From Eledone cirrhosa (lineage: Eukaryota), in NCBI GenBank assembly GCA_964016885.1, contig OZ024743.1:124744001-124808000 (forward strand): a stretch of 64,000 nt of DNA, written 5' to 3'. Shown one piece after another: positions 11,851 to 25,995 of this stretch. The translations under genes and the position numbers were made by a program. The first letter of the stretch is position 1, and every line of letters begins with the position of its first letter. The notes below the pieces were generated by a model. The model was not told where the DNA came from, searched no databases, and saw nothing but the letters and a program-made list of their open reading frames with translations.

Positions 11851-13799
11851 GACAATGCTAAAAAACACACTATTACTGAGGGCTTTAATAAACTATATAG
11901 ACTGATTTGCAGCTAGTTTGATTTTTTCTGTGCATAAAAATAAAGTATTTACATATGTGAATTACATGCAGTGTTGACCAAAATCTATAGAAATATTCTA
12001 TGATACAGTATAGAATTATAAATATTGAAACATGCAGATCAATAAAGGAACAGTTCACAACAGATTTTGGAATTGTGAAAACTACTCAACACCTGAGGCC
12101 AAACATTCTGAAGATTTTAAATTCTTTTATTTTCCCACTTAGTCAAGGAGAAAAGGACAGCCAACATTTCACTTTAATTTTTCAGAACCTCTGAGACTGG
12201 TGTGTGAAAGGGGTAAAGTTTTATTTAAACTGGAGACCTGATTAGAATGCTTGCAATAGAATTACCACTGCTAAAGGCACACAAGAACCAAGTGGCAGTG
12301 CTAAACCAGTCAACAGATTAAGTTTATCAGAACACAAAGAGGCAAAACAAATACAAGGTATCTCACCCAACCCAATAATAATCTTGCCAAGCCACCATCC
12401 TAGACTGGGACTTTATTAACCTATGACTTGCCCTTCCTAATCCAAACCATCTCACAGGGTGGACTGGGTGCTTAGATACAGAGAAAATGTTGAGACAGTG
12501 TGAAGTAAATTTCATGCAACTAACAAGTCTAGACAGAAGTATTTCTCAAGTTATGCCTGACCAGGTGTACTTAAAATATATCACCACAGAACCAACTAAA
12601 ATTACATAATCACCAAAAAAACAACCCAAATTACACAATTACCAGAAAATGAACAAGTGATTACAACATTCATGAACCTAATAGCAAGTTAGAAACCATT
12701 ACATGCTTAAAGTGAACATAAAAGACAATGTCTGATTTAGTTATAATTCTAATGTCAAACAAATATTTTTGTTTTTCTCCTATTCTCTTTTGCCATCACA
12801 TGAAACATAATTTATAACATTGAATAGATGATAGCTTAAAATAACTAACCTTATTTCTGACATTATTTAGCCAATTTATATTATTATTTTACACAAATCT
12901 TGTCAGAAAATAAGGTTAAACTATTTCAAAAGGTTGTAAAGCAAAGAATGCATTTATCAGACATATTCAACTGAAGCCAAATAATCAATATAACTCGTTC
13001 AAAATGTGAAATTCAAGAAATTGAATACTAGTATAATACATATAACAGCTGTGTCTCATTTATTACAGGTTCTTGTTGTTATTGTTAGGACTCATAACCT
13101 CATAGGTTTAGCTCATCTTCTAGGCTGAATCTCATAGGAGGTTTCTAGGGTGTTTTAATAATAGAGACCTCAATCCTATCATATCACCATTCTTCAGTTT
13201 ACAAGAGACAGGATTTGAACTCAAAATGCATGAACCCAGAACACATATTGTAGATCCCAATCTAATGCTCTAACCATTCCACTAATGCATTATCGGACTG
13301 GTAAATTATTCATTGATCCCAAAAAGATGAACGCAAAGTTGACCTTGGTGGGATTTAATCAGTCACCAAACACTCTACCAATTTGTCAGCATTAACATTT
13401 TATTTCAATTTATTTCCATTATATTTTACTACAGAGTGTCCATTGTGTTTTGAAGATATCTTTAAAAATAATCTAAAATTTGTTTCCCAAATATCCTTAT
13501 ATTCAACAATTAAAATTGCATCTCCCCCCAATGTGGTCGCTCAACCTGGCAGACAAACAACAACCAAATTTCCCTGAAATCAAACCCAACCATTTAAAAA
13601 ACAAGATATATTAGATAATGTGGTTCAAGAAACCTTTAGAAAGATGGGATGGTCACATCTGGAATACTTTTGATCAAATCTGATCAAAACAACAACTTAT
13701 TGCAAATAATTTTTATTTTGTTTTATAGTGTTTTTATTTCAGTTTACTCTTTACTAATCTTTGGTTTAAAGGAAATTGATTCTTTACCCATACTCTGGT

Positions 13800-14548
13800 A
13801 TGGAATTGCACATCAACACACTCCAGCCCCTGATCCACAAACATGCTGTCTTACCTCTCTGTCTTTTCTATAAGTACTAGTGAACTCTGCCCTTCAAAAC
13901 TAGGTTGGATCATACCACTCCAACTCAGGTATTCAATTCATTTGTCTCTCCTCTCATTACCCACATTGTGTCCCTATCTAAATCCTTCCACCCAAACAGT
14001 GTACTAACCACTATGCTCAGACCCTCCACCCAAACCATGTACTAACCACTTTGCTCAGACCCTCCACCCAAACCATGTACTAACTAATATGCTCAGACCC
14101 TCCACCCAAACCATGTACTAACCACTATGCTCAGACCTTCCACCCAAACCAAGTACTAAACACTTTACTCAGACCCTCCACCCAGACCTTATAATAACTA
14201 CTAAGCTCAGATCTTCCACCCAAACCATGTACTAACCACTATGCTCAGACCTTCCACCAAACCATGTACTAACCACTATGCTCAGACCTTCCACCCAAAT
14301 CAAGTACTAACCACTATGCTCAGACCTTCCACCAAACCATGTACTGACCACTATGCTCAGACCTTCCACCAAACCATGTACTAACCACTATGCTCAGACC
14401 TTCCACCAAACCAAGTACTAACCACTTTCCTCAGACCTTCCACCCAAACCATGTACTAACTCTGTAATTCACCCCTTACATGTTTGTTCTGCAGACATCG
14501 ACTTATAACTTTTCAAGAGGCACATTAGTTGTGTTGATCTCACCCATC
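13800..14548 (+). mobile_element. Degenerate CR1/L2-group LINE 3' end with an internal tandem amplification
   Basis: SLCLFYKY..LCPSKL..IP before the array, KP.TNHYAQTF in the unit, and NS.LHVC..DIDL..FKRHI..VDLTHL after it. Confidence 0.6.
13985..14460 (+). repeat. 37-38-bp minisatellite, ~12-13 copies
   Basis: Unit ccaaaccatgtactaaccactatgctcagaccttccac repeated head to tail without spacers. Confidence 0.95.
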
Positions 14549-15169
14549 TGAAGAAGACCTGTGAAGGTCAATGAAAGTATAAATTGTAAAAATAAATAAT
14601 AAAATAAGAAGATTGTGGTGAATTTTTAACGTACAGTACAGTAATGGATATGAGAACTTCAGTATATTTTCACACAAATATCAAACCTTATTTATACCAC
14701 CTTAAAGATGCATTAGGGCAGAGCATTGGCATAAATATCAACACATCAGATAAACTCCTTGTGACATTTGTTCCAGCTTGTTAAGCTCTGAGTTCAAATC
14801 CCACTGGGTGTTAATAAGATAATGTGCCAGATGTCATTGTGGTAGGCCCCTTGACTCCAAAGGCCTCCATGGTTTATTTTGCCACCTAAATGCTAGTTGC
14901 TTCATTTGCCACACCAAGCTAAACCGGATCTCTAAGCAGACCCTAGCTCGGGTAAATATCCCTTCAGTTCTGGAGCCACCTAGATTATCCAGAATTAATG
15001 GGAAGAGACCAGATGGTCTTATCCTTTGTTCCTGAATAAGAGGTAGATGTCATATCTGGGACACCATAGTTAGTGACTCCTTTGCTCCCTCCCACATTCG
15101 GGATGCTACGGTAAATATAGGGCCACTGCTTCTGTAGCCGAAAGGAATAAAATCCTAAAATACTGGGAA

Positions 15170-15290
15170 TTATCAATTAACTATTTTTCCAACTGGCAAT
15201 CGAAACGTTTGCTTGTAAAGGTGCTTAGTTATTTCAGCGCCTTAGCTTCACCATCATCCATGGTAATGCTGCGAGCATGTTGGCTTGCCT
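15170..15290 (+). mobile_element. CRE-clade (RLE) non-LTR retrotransposon 3' fragment
   Basis: LAIETF...LFQRLSFTIIHGNAASML resembles the conserved LFQRxSxAxxRGNAxS C-terminus. A similar fragment lies at 48509-48709. Confidence 0.6.
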
Positions 15291-17256
15291 AAAAAATTTG
15301 CAATGACCCTTGACACTCTTAGTATTGAATTGATGGATTTTTTTTTTTTTCCTGCTTTGATTATATATTTTTGTGTATTATATTTATAAGGTTCCTAGCA
15401 ATAATTAATTGATTACATTTATAGTTTTCTGTAAAAATACAGTTTCAATACAAGACAGTGAATAGCCATTAGAGCATAGGACAAAATGTTTTGCAGAATT
15501 TATTCCAGTTCTTTGCACATTGAGTTCAAACCTTATTAAGGTCAACTTTGCTTTCATCATTTCGACATAAAAAGAATAAAGTACCAGTGGTTTGGTAAAA
15601 GTGTTAGAGCATCAGATGAGTTGCTTTACAGTATTTGTTTTGGTGCTTTATGTTCCAAGTTTAAACCCTGCTGTGACTTATTTGGGTGGAAGAATTAATC
15701 TGTCACTATTTTAACACCACCACCTCTCCTTGGGTGCCTTTAGCAAAGTCCACACTGTTGTAAACATTCAGGCAAAACCTCCAGTTTGATAATACTGATC
15801 GCCCTCTCTCCCACCAGTCTCCGAGGACCTAAAAAGGGTCATGGGCTCTGCCCTTGCCTCCTTGACAAAACAATAATAAAAAATAAATAAATAAAATCAA
15901 ATGTAACATTGTTTAAAGTAAGCCAATGTTTTAATTTAGTGAAGATTTTATTGGAAAAAATGTAGAAGAAAACAGGGTGGAAGGGGTATGCCAAACTGTC
16001 TTATGAGAATGAAATATAGTTTTCTATCAGATTATATTTGATTTCATAAGCAAGGGGTAGAGAAAAATAAAAATAAAGCTGTGATTAATCAATGATATAT
16101 AATTTACCAATACCAAAGATTTATTTATTGGAAACCACAAAAATTTTGAGTTGATAATAGGGGATGTCTAAACAGATATTAGCTCTAATTGAGCAAAATA
16201 AATAAATAAAATCATTTTTTACACTATCATTGTTTCTTGAACAAAAGAGTAATGCTGACTGCAAAAACACAGTTCTATTTCTTTATAATTAGAGAATATT
16301 AATGATTTCTGTGGCAGCAGCAAAATGAATGCAATGAGCCAATAAATACTGTATAAAATGAAGACCAAATCAGTTTAGTTTAGAGGTTTGGGTTTTCCTT
16401 TATATTTATTTATTTATTTAATGGCGTTCATTAGAAAATGGTCATAAGTGGGGGAACTACTAATATGTTGTTACTACTGAAGAGGGGTGGGGGAGGCTTT
16501 ATCTCCAACCGCTACTCCAGCCCCTCATCCTTCCTCTCACAATACATTTAATGAAATGCATTACTTAAAAAAAAAATGACCCCAAAACCCCAACTAATTT
16601 ACTATCTGTGGAGAGATTTTTCTGTAACTAGGAATTCCTGTAGTCACTATATTAATTCAAAACATACACACACAACAAAATAATAACAGCAACAACAACA
16701 ATAATGGTAAACAACAAACAGGGTTCCCACATCTGAAAGGATTTATATATATCATTGCTTTGATTTCACAAATGTAAAAGCCCACTACAGCTGAAATAAT
16801 TATTCAGCTCTCTCTCTCTATATATATATCTATATCTGTTCTCTCCCTCCCTCCTCCTCCTATCTCTTTCTCTCCTTCCCTCCCTCTCTTCTCTCTTAGC
16901 AAATTGACCTTGACAGTGAAAAACAAGAAAATAAGGATTTCTCTCTTCCAAAACAAGATCTTAGTAGCAGTTATCCAGAGCAAAAGCAACAAAAATACTT
17001 TGGATATGAAAAATGCCTTTAGTTGTTTAGTCATTAAACAGCAGGGAATAAAAATAATTATTATTGTGTACTTTTAGCAAAGTGATTGTTGAAAAAAAAA
17101 TAAAGGTTTTGTTGGGTAGGGTGGAGTAAGGTGGAATGAGGTGAGAAGATAGGTTAAAAAAAAAAAAAATTAACACCCCCCCTCCCCTAAAAGAGGTGCC
17201 AGAAAAAAGGTAAACATGTAGAGGAATTTTACTCTGCACACTTGCACAGTTACATA

Positions 17257-17316
<60 letters not shown>

Positions 17317-17676
17317 TATACACAGACACACATATATATATATATATATACACACACATACATACATGCATATATATACATACACACACACACTCTACAT
17401 ATGTACGTATGTATCTATGTAAGTACGATTTTGAAAATTAAACTCACTAAATATATTTAATTGCTAAATCTTATTCAAGTGTGAAATAATAATAGGATAT
17501 CTACATATATCTACATATCTATACACACACACATATATATATGTGTGTGTGTGTGTGTATGTATATATGTGTGTGTGTGTATATATATATATATGTGTGT
17601 GTGTGTATATATATATGTGTGTGTGTATATATATATATATATGTGTCATTTATTGGCTCATATATATATATATATA

Positions 17677-17729
17677 GAGATTCCTGATGATTTCTAATGA
17701 ATGAAACAGTTCTAGTCCTGTAGAATCTC
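17677..17729 (+). ncRNA. Type I hammerhead ribozyme motif in a solo PLE pseudo-LTR-like fragment (17677-17810) between (TA)n runs
   Basis: GAGATTC-CTGATGA-t ttc taat gaa t-GAA-ACAGttctagtcCTGT-A-GAATCTC: 7-bp stem I, near-palindromic stem III, GUA triplet. The 10.1-11.1 pair is U-U. Confidence 0.75.
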
Positions 17730-17810
17730 ATCTATATTAAAACTGTTATACTCTGCTATGTATTGAGTACCTTACTTACTGTGGTTACCTCCGATTCAAC
17801 CCGGAATAAC

Positions 17811-17888
<78 letters not shown>

Positions 17889-18324
17889 CAAGTGCATGAA
17901 AATAAATTGTATCATTAATAATAATAAATATGATAGTGATTTCTAATTTAGGCACAAGGCTATAACAACAACAACAACAACAACAACAAATAATAATAAT
18001 AATATAATAATCACAATAACAATAACCGGAATGTCAACAAGAACAACACTAATAATTATTTATTCACAGATTGTTTTTGTTATTGTTGTTGTTTTCATCA
18101 AAGAAAGTGTGTACAAGTATCAAGTGCACCAGTGGCAGCGACACAAAAATAAACAAATAAGAGGGGGGGGGGGGGTTTATAAAAAAAAAAAAGAAAAACA
18201 ATATATATATTCTACAAGAAATTCCTGAATGTTAGTATTGCTGACAGACATAGTTCAAGAGGAATTATGTTGCATTCTTCACTCTGTCGCTTTTGTCAAT
18301 CAAATTCCTACGATTCCACAGTTG

Positions 18325-18797
18325 AAAGAAGAAGAAGAAGAAGAAGAAGAAGAAAAAGAAAAAGAAGAAGAAAAAGAAGAAAAAGAAGAAGACAGAGGTA
18401 ATAGAAGTGGGGCTGATTGGGGGGGGGACAGGTAAGAGGGGGGCAAACAATCAAAATAATGATGATGATGATGATGATAGTGATGAGGAGGAGGAAATGT
18501 CAAGGCTAAACGTTGTTGTCCAGTGACAGAGCATTATTTTTCAGTATTTCCGCATTTTTCTACTAGTAGCAGAACTGTGCTCCCTCTCATTCTCTCTCTC
18601 TCACTCACACACACACACACACGTATACATACATACACACACACTGGGTCACTAAGTATAATGCAGTAGCAGAAAAAGACCCCCAACAGGAAAAGGGGAT
18701 AACTACAGTTACTAGGTTTTTATTGAGGAAGACAAGTATCAAAGCCACTGCTACACTTCTTCTGCTACTGCTGCCACCACAATACCACCACCACCAC

Positions 18798-18832
<35 letters not shown>

Positions 18833-19375
18833 ATAAACGCTTCTGCTACTGTTGCTGTTGTTGTTTTTGCTGCTGTCACTGCTACAGCAGCTACTACTGT
18901 TGATGTTGATGTTGTTGTTGTTATTGTGTGCTGCTACTGCAGTGAAATAGCCTGCTGCAACCAAATAAAATAAAATATTGACCACTGTGTGAATTGCAGA
19001 ATGCGTGAGGTTGGAAGGTGGATGGTGGGGATATGAAATGAAAGAATAATAGCGCAGAATGTCAACAACTATCCGTCAATTTCCATTGATGTCATTTTAA
19101 GTGAAGCTGAGCTGATCTGATCTGAGCTGATGCTATATAGCATTCTTCAACTGGACTATATAATTTTAGTTGAAATCTCACTTGCAAGAGCGAGTCACTC
19201 TCGATTCCCAGTTCTCAAAGAGGAGAACAAGTATTTATTTCTAAGGGGAAATATTATAGTATATAATAATCTTCGTGTGTGCAACAATAACAGTAGTAGT
19301 AGTAGTAGTAGTAGTAGTGGCATTTATGGTGGTGGTGGTGGTGGCATTGATGGTAGTAGTAGTAGTAGTAGTAGT
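18325..19375. repeat. Cluster of trinucleotide microsatellites: (GAA)n, (GAT)n, (CAC)n(CAG)n, (GTT)n, (AGT)n, (GGT)n
   Basis: Directly visible repeats embedded in otherwise unique, TE-poor sequence. Confidence 0.85.
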
Positions 19376-19954
19376 AAAGCACACAGTGATAGTGCACAAC
19401 AAAAATTGAGAAAAACACACCATCTCTCTTCAATGTGTTTTTCAGCCATGGTTGTTGGCATACAACACTAGCAACATGAATAACAATATCAACATTGATA
19501 TCAACATCAAAAGGATGGAGAATGCAGAATTCCAGCTTGTCTTTAAAAGCAAACTAAATTGAGAATCTATTTCCTAAATAAGATGGAAGTGTATGATAGG
19601 TATCAGAAGAATATAACTGAAAATACACCTACTTGTATTACTAAACAAAACAAGCATCTGGTATTCAGGTTCAAATATTTGTATTAACAAAATCCTATAG
19701 ATATTAAATTTTTTTTCAAATAATAAAACTAAATTATTTAGTACCAACTATTATTTTTTAAAATCAACAGATAATCAATATATATGATTTTACCTGCAAT
19801 CTATTATTATTGTTATTTAGAATAATTATGTAAAATTAATTTAAATATAATTCCATATTTAACCCTGCAAACACTGCATAAAAATTAAGAAATATTGAAT
19901 AGATTTGATAACTATAATCCATAGATGTATTCTGAAGAAAAAATATATGTATGC

Positions 19955-19999
<45 letters not shown>

Positions 20000-20154
20000 A
20001 AAGTTAAACAAGGTTCAATGAATACATCAAATATATATATATATTGTAAATATGTATTCAAAATCAAAGTGTATATAAACATGAAACTCCTGTACCTCAT
20101 GTCGCTAGTATAGCTTTAGAGCTATAGTAAAATGTGTGTGTGTGTATGTATATG

Positions 20155-20219
<65 letters not shown>

Positions 20220-20699
20220 CTGAAAAGGATCATAGGGACTGCCCTTCTCTCCCTGACTATACAGCAGATAATTCACACACAAACACACATATACTAGTAT
20301 ATGTGTATACTAGTATACCTAATAAATCTAATTAGTGGATCTTGATCAAGGGTCATTGCTGATTTTATGGATGAGTTATACCAAATGCATGTCACCTGGA
20401 GGTGTCAATAGTAGTGTGTAGACCGACTTAAGAAACAATAGATACTAATTATTATAGAGTAAATTATATAAAAAGTACTTAGGAAATATAACTAGCCAAA
20501 CATGATCTTGGTACTTTTCTGACAAAGCTGTTTTATTCTGGAAGTCTTTAAAATGTTGGCAGAATCTTCTTTATATTCTATTGTAATCAAATTTATTAAA
20601 GTAACACCTTACATTTTGCTGCATACATCAATCATCATGCTGAGAATGACTTATGCTTGTGAAATGTAAAAAAAAGACCAGCAGAATCTATAGAACTAC

Positions 20700-20880
20700 C
20701 GATGCCTTGCTTATACTAAGAATTTCTTGCCGAGACCACATAATGAATGAGGAAGTCATAGAAAGGGCCAGGCTGAGTAACTTATGGATTAAAATAGTCA
20801 CAAAACAGTGGAAGATACTTAGCCATGAGATATGTATGCCCATGAAGAAACCTATGAGAGCCTCTCTTGAGTGAAAACTG
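20700..20880 (+). mobile_element. Degenerate RTE-clade LINE 3' fragment
   Basis: ILRISCRDHIMNEEVIERARL resembles the RTE C-terminal LRIxWxDxxxNEEV motif. Confidence 0.55.
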
Positions 20881-23800
20881 GAGGGTGGAGTGGGTGAAGG
20901 AGGCAAGGTAGACCTATTAAGACTTGGTTGATGTCTAGAAATGAGGACTTGCAATCTCTTAACCCTTTAACTAGTTTGAATAGAACATATCACAACTATT
21001 TTAATTGTTTTAATACAATTTAACTAATACCATTACTAACAAGTGTACTACAAGAAACATTACATTTTCCAATAATTCTCAGTCTAATAATTATAAGAAC
21101 TGTGATTCAAATTCATAAAATATTGAAAAGAAAGAGAAGAAATATAGAGAAAATATAAAGAAATCCATGAAAAATTATATATAAAAATGAAAATCTACTC
21201 TCTATATGTGTTTATTGTGTTTGTGGATATGTCTGTGTCCATTCGTGATACCAATATTTAGCCTATTTGTTTTAGAACTCTAAAAGGTATTTAATAAAAC
21301 CTGTTTAGTGTCAATGTACTGAAATACATTAGTCAGCTGAATTTTTACTTTGTTTTTGTTAAGATTTTATAAGTTTCCAGTGATAATATTCCTATATCTA
21401 ATAACATTGCTAAATTGCTTTACACACTATTGTCAGAGAGATCTTTTAAAGCTGGAACTAAAAATGGATCTCTTTCCATCAAAGTAACTATCACACTAAA
21501 AGCAATCATTGTCTGCTTTGCTATCAACTATTCTATCACAAGCCAATAAGAACCTTCACATGGTTGCTAAATCTTCTAAAAATACCAGCTAAAATTGTCC
21601 AAATCATACCCTGTCATCTTAAACAGGGAAGAATACATTGAATAATGCGGTTATAGATGGGATGGTCCTGACTGTAACACCTTTGAGCATAGGCCCCTGT
21701 GAACAGGACAACATTTGAGGCTAAATAACATTACCACCTGGCCCCTGGGTGCATTAACTAGAGTTTATACCAGATCTCTATTTTAAGGATACTTTCCATT
21801 TTCCCTCCAATCAGTCTCAGCCCCATCCCCCCAAAGGGTCATAGGCACTTCTGTTCAATACTGACTAACTGATAAAAAAAAATTAAAACTATTTCACAAA
21901 AACATAATATAGTTTTCAAATATATACATATAAATTGTGTTGTTGCTTTTTTTTTCTTATTCCTTTTTTTCTCTTTACTGTAGAAACGAATATCACCAAA
22001 AACAGTTACTCCATATATTTAAATACTTCATTAAAACTTTAACATTTGACCACTTTTTTTAACATTTCAAAGATTTATTCTTGGAGCAGGGGTCACCCTT
22101 GAGGCAGAGAGGACTATTTGGGCCCAATCAAACAAATTTGCCTTGCTGTATGTTGTGCAAAGATAATATAGATTTTGGGTAAGACATTTCTTTTTTTCAT
22201 CAATGTCATTTTTAGATTCTGATAGTGAAGTGGAACAATACTGACATTTAGTCTATTGTAGTTAGATGTGGAACTGTTTTCTAATTTATGATAGGATACA
22301 AGTTCTATTTATTAGAAAATGATGAGAGTGGGCACAATTTTTACTGAGCTGAATATGCTGAAGTAAACTTGGCTGGGGAATAGGGCATATCATCATCAAC
22401 ATTCTTATGTTATTTTTCCTTGTGGGAGTAGGATGGGTCTTTTCCACTACAACACATCACTATTTGTTATAGCCTTTTATCATTGCCGTCATCAGATACA
22501 AGTTCTAGAGATCAGTTTTTACCACTTCTTCTAATGTTTTACTTGGTCCTCCTTTGCTACAGGTTTCTTTCACTTAGTTTGCCTGGCATTCTATTACTCA
22601 ACTATCCTCATATCTTTATTAATGCAGTCATTTCTCTTATACAGATACCCAGATTTCTTTCAATTCCTTTGTGCTCAGTCATTCTTGCACACTAGATTTT
22701 ATATATTCACAGAGACAGTCACACCTTTATTTCCAGCCTTTGCACATTCAAAGACATAATCTTTTATGTTCTAAATATAATAAAATGTAAAATGTTCATG
22801 AGTGTTATACAATAAGCCAGCAAAGGCATAAGTACCACAATGCAACATTTACTGCAAATAAAAACGGGAGAATATTTCTTGAAGAAAGTATAAAATGTTA
22901 AGTGTATCCCAATTGGAATATATTTTTAAAAAAAAAAGAGGATAATGAAGAATTATTGATTTGCCAAAATGTGTTGTGATGTTAAAAGGTTGTGAACATC
23001 TGATGCAGATAGATATCTTTTTCGGATTTATGATGTTTCTACACACTGATATCATGAACAGAAATGTTATCTGGTGAGTGTTATGTAAATTCTTGATGGT
23101 TTTAGGTACAAGGTCATTTCACAGTACTTCATAAAAAGAAAACTATGTGAAAAGAAAGCCTGAGAAAACCAGATATTGTGTGGGTAGGAAAATTATGAAA
23201 ATGTTAGTGGCTCTACAATGTGTGTAAACCCTGGATGATTAAAGTACTAAATCACAAAGGTAACTACATAAAAAGAGAGCCTGGGAAAGCTACATATTGA
23301 GTGGGCAGTGAAATCATGAACAGAAGTCTTGGTTGCTGGGTGTTCATGTAAATTCTGGAGGCTTAAAGTACTAAATCATCTCACAAAGATAACTACATGA
23401 AATGAAGGTGGGGAGGGGGTGTACTAGATATCAATAGGTGCACAATAATATGTAGTTATATTTTAAGGAAACTGGCAAGGAACCAAAACTTCAGGTGGAA
23501 CACATACTCCAATATAAACAGCACTTTGAACAAGCCAAGAACTAAAAATTTAAATAAAACTTTGAATCCAGGGTCTATGTCAGCAAGACAAATCAAAAAG
23601 AGAGGTTATAGAATGCTGACTAAGATTATTTGTAATTTAAGCAAGTCGTGGGCTACCAGCCTTTCTGAGCACTTGGCAGAGTGTAGGAACATAAGTGAAA
23701 TGCAGGCTTCCAGCTCACTGTAGCATCAGTACCTCCACTTTGAGTACCAAGCCAAACTCAGGTTGACCAATACCATATGAGTGTGATTTGGTAAATGGAA

Positions 23801-24305
23801 GAGTATGTGTGTTTTATGCTTTCAAGTGTAAACATGTGCTGTGTCCTTTTATGTCAAAGGCTATTAAGCTATTTGATAAAAAAAAATCTTTAAAATAAGT
23901 CTCAAACTGAAAACCCTCGAAGATAGTACCCTAGCATGACTGCAAGCAAAAAAAGAAAGATTCTTACATAATAACACAACCATGTATTTCTTAGCATATC
24001 TCAGAAATAAACAAGCTTTCACATCAGTGTTATCACATTTTTTCAGATAGAAATGAATTTTTTTATTTTATTTTACTCAAGGACAGCATCCATTACCCTT
24101 TTCAGGGACTCTATGACTGGTGGGGAGAGAGGAAGGTACTCTCAAAGTAGAGATCTGATTTGAATGCTTGCAATAAAGTAGAGTATGTTAAAGGCACCCA
24201 ATGACTAGGTTTAATACTATTAAACCAGACAACAGGTTAAGTCTACCACCCAAGTAGGCTACAGTGGATTTTGAACTAGGAATGCAAAGAATCTGAACAA
24301 ATAAT

Positions 24306-24419
24306 TGTTTCTACTTTTGGCACAAGGCCAGCAATTACCCCAGTACATTACTGGTTCTTTATTTTATCGACCCCGTGAGGATGAAAGGCAGAGTTAACCT
24401 CGGCAGGATTTGAACTCAG
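24306..24419 (-). mobile_element. 5'-truncated tRNA-derived SINE nested in an older SINE
   Basis: Reverse complement of the 488-686 family; 15-bp TSD atctgaacaaataat at 24291-24305 and 24420-24434. Confidence 0.9.
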
Positions 24420-25717
24420 ATCTGAACAAATAATGCAAGGTATCTCATCTAATGTTCTAAAAATTCCGCCAACCCACTGCTCTGGAGCGGTACTTATTCT
24501 ATGGACACCTAAAGAATAAAAACAAAGTTGATTTTAGTGGGATTTGAACTCAGCACAGACAGCAAGAAATTCAAATATTGTTCTAAGCACTAGTGACTCG
24601 CTGCCTGAGTGTTCTTCCTAAGTGACCTCTTAGTTCTATTGTATATTCAATTTCAATTACACATCCATCAGTCTACTTGTTCTAACTACTTTTATGAGTG
24701 ATGACTCAATAAAATAAGGACATTGAAGTTTATATTCCTATGTGATTCACAGATTATCCTATTGTGTCAGGTCATTATTTATATTTTTATAGCTATTCTC
24801 CTATCACTGTGTGCTAAAGTTCATTTTATATCTATGGGATTCCAAGTTCAATCTCACTGCATGGCAAATGTATTCTACCATTGCTGCAGATTGACCAAAA
24901 GACTTTTGAAGTTAATTTAGTTCCATTGCACTTTGGGCAAATATCTTCTATGGCAGCCTAGTATTGATAAAAGATTTCTAATTGGCGATTGGAAACTATG
25001 TGGAAGCCTGTCAGATGAACTGTACTTGTTCTTGAGTAACAGATTTAATTCTTTGCTTGGTTTAAAAACATAACCAAGCTCTTTAGTGCTTTTAACAGAA
25101 TTCACTACGTTTACAAACATTTGAATGAGGTCTCTAATCTGAGTATAACTTTCTCTCTTATTCCTACAAGTCACAAGTCTCAGGTGCTTTCCTACTTCCT
25201 TTGACTAAGCCATTAAAAAAATGTCTCCAAGTCCAAAATGTAGCTATTTTTCAACTTATTTACTTCAAGGTAATTTTTTCTGTCAACACAAAAATACCTT
25301 AGTAGAATTTAAACTTACACTAACCTTAATGTATAACAAAACCATATTCAACATGTTAATCCATAATATTATATCTTTACACATGGGTCCCAGACAAAAC
25401 CTCTAAATGAAAAGCTTTCAAACCAATTTATTAAGCTAACATTAAAAATTATTCTAGCAAGATGAACATGTAAAAATTATCATTTTCTTCATGTGGGCTA
25501 GCACACAGCCATCATTGAAAAAAAAAACCCTCTATCAGATCAAACCAATGAGCAGAGCTATGTGCTGTAAATTGACCTACTGGAAATATTGGCTAAATCT
25601 CCCTATTCTTTTACTGGTTACATTAATTATAAAGGCATTTGTGAAAGGAACTTCATGCATGAAAATATTTATCTTCTCTTACTGAATGTCATATGTATAT
25701 ATATATATATACATATA

Positions 25718-25865
25718 TGAAAGACATGGGCAGAGGTGGTAAGAGCAGACCTCAGAAGCTCACGCAGATGATGAAGAACCATGACAAGTGGAGAGATGCT
25801 GTGCTGAATAGGACCCGTCCCACCCTTGCAAGCAGGGAAAAGTGGACGTAAAATGATGATGATAA
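25718..25865 (+). mobile_element. RTE LINE 3' terminal fragment with (GAT)n tail
   Basis: KTWAEVVRADL...W..AV followed by cccttgcaagcagggaaaagtggacgtaaaatgatgatgat; flanked by TA runs. Confidence 0.7.
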
Positions 25866-25936
25866 TATATATATATATATAAAGTTTATCGAACTAGACA
25901 AACTGAGTCTGTGCTAGTACAATGAACTTTCCCACT

Positions 25937-25995
<59 letters not shown>

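Noticed and set aside
13985-14460. CRISPR-like appearance of the 37-bp array (also the 48-bp array at 32547)
   Set aside because: Head-to-tail units without unique spacers, no cas genes, eukaryotic context.
14540-14590. ctgaaga-a-gacct-gtga-aggtc-aat-gaaa hammerhead-like string
   Set aside because: Stem II is good, but three extra bases precede GAAA and there is no convincing stem I or III; at most a relic.
18605-19471. Poly-Cys/Trp/Ser/Gly/Asn ORFs
   Set aside because: Explained by trinucleotide repeats; no domain evidence.
24917-25174. Possible host exon (also 28601-28710 and 41972-42120)
   Set aside because: No recognisable domain, weak splice signals and partial SINE overlap; cannot be supported without RNA or homology data.
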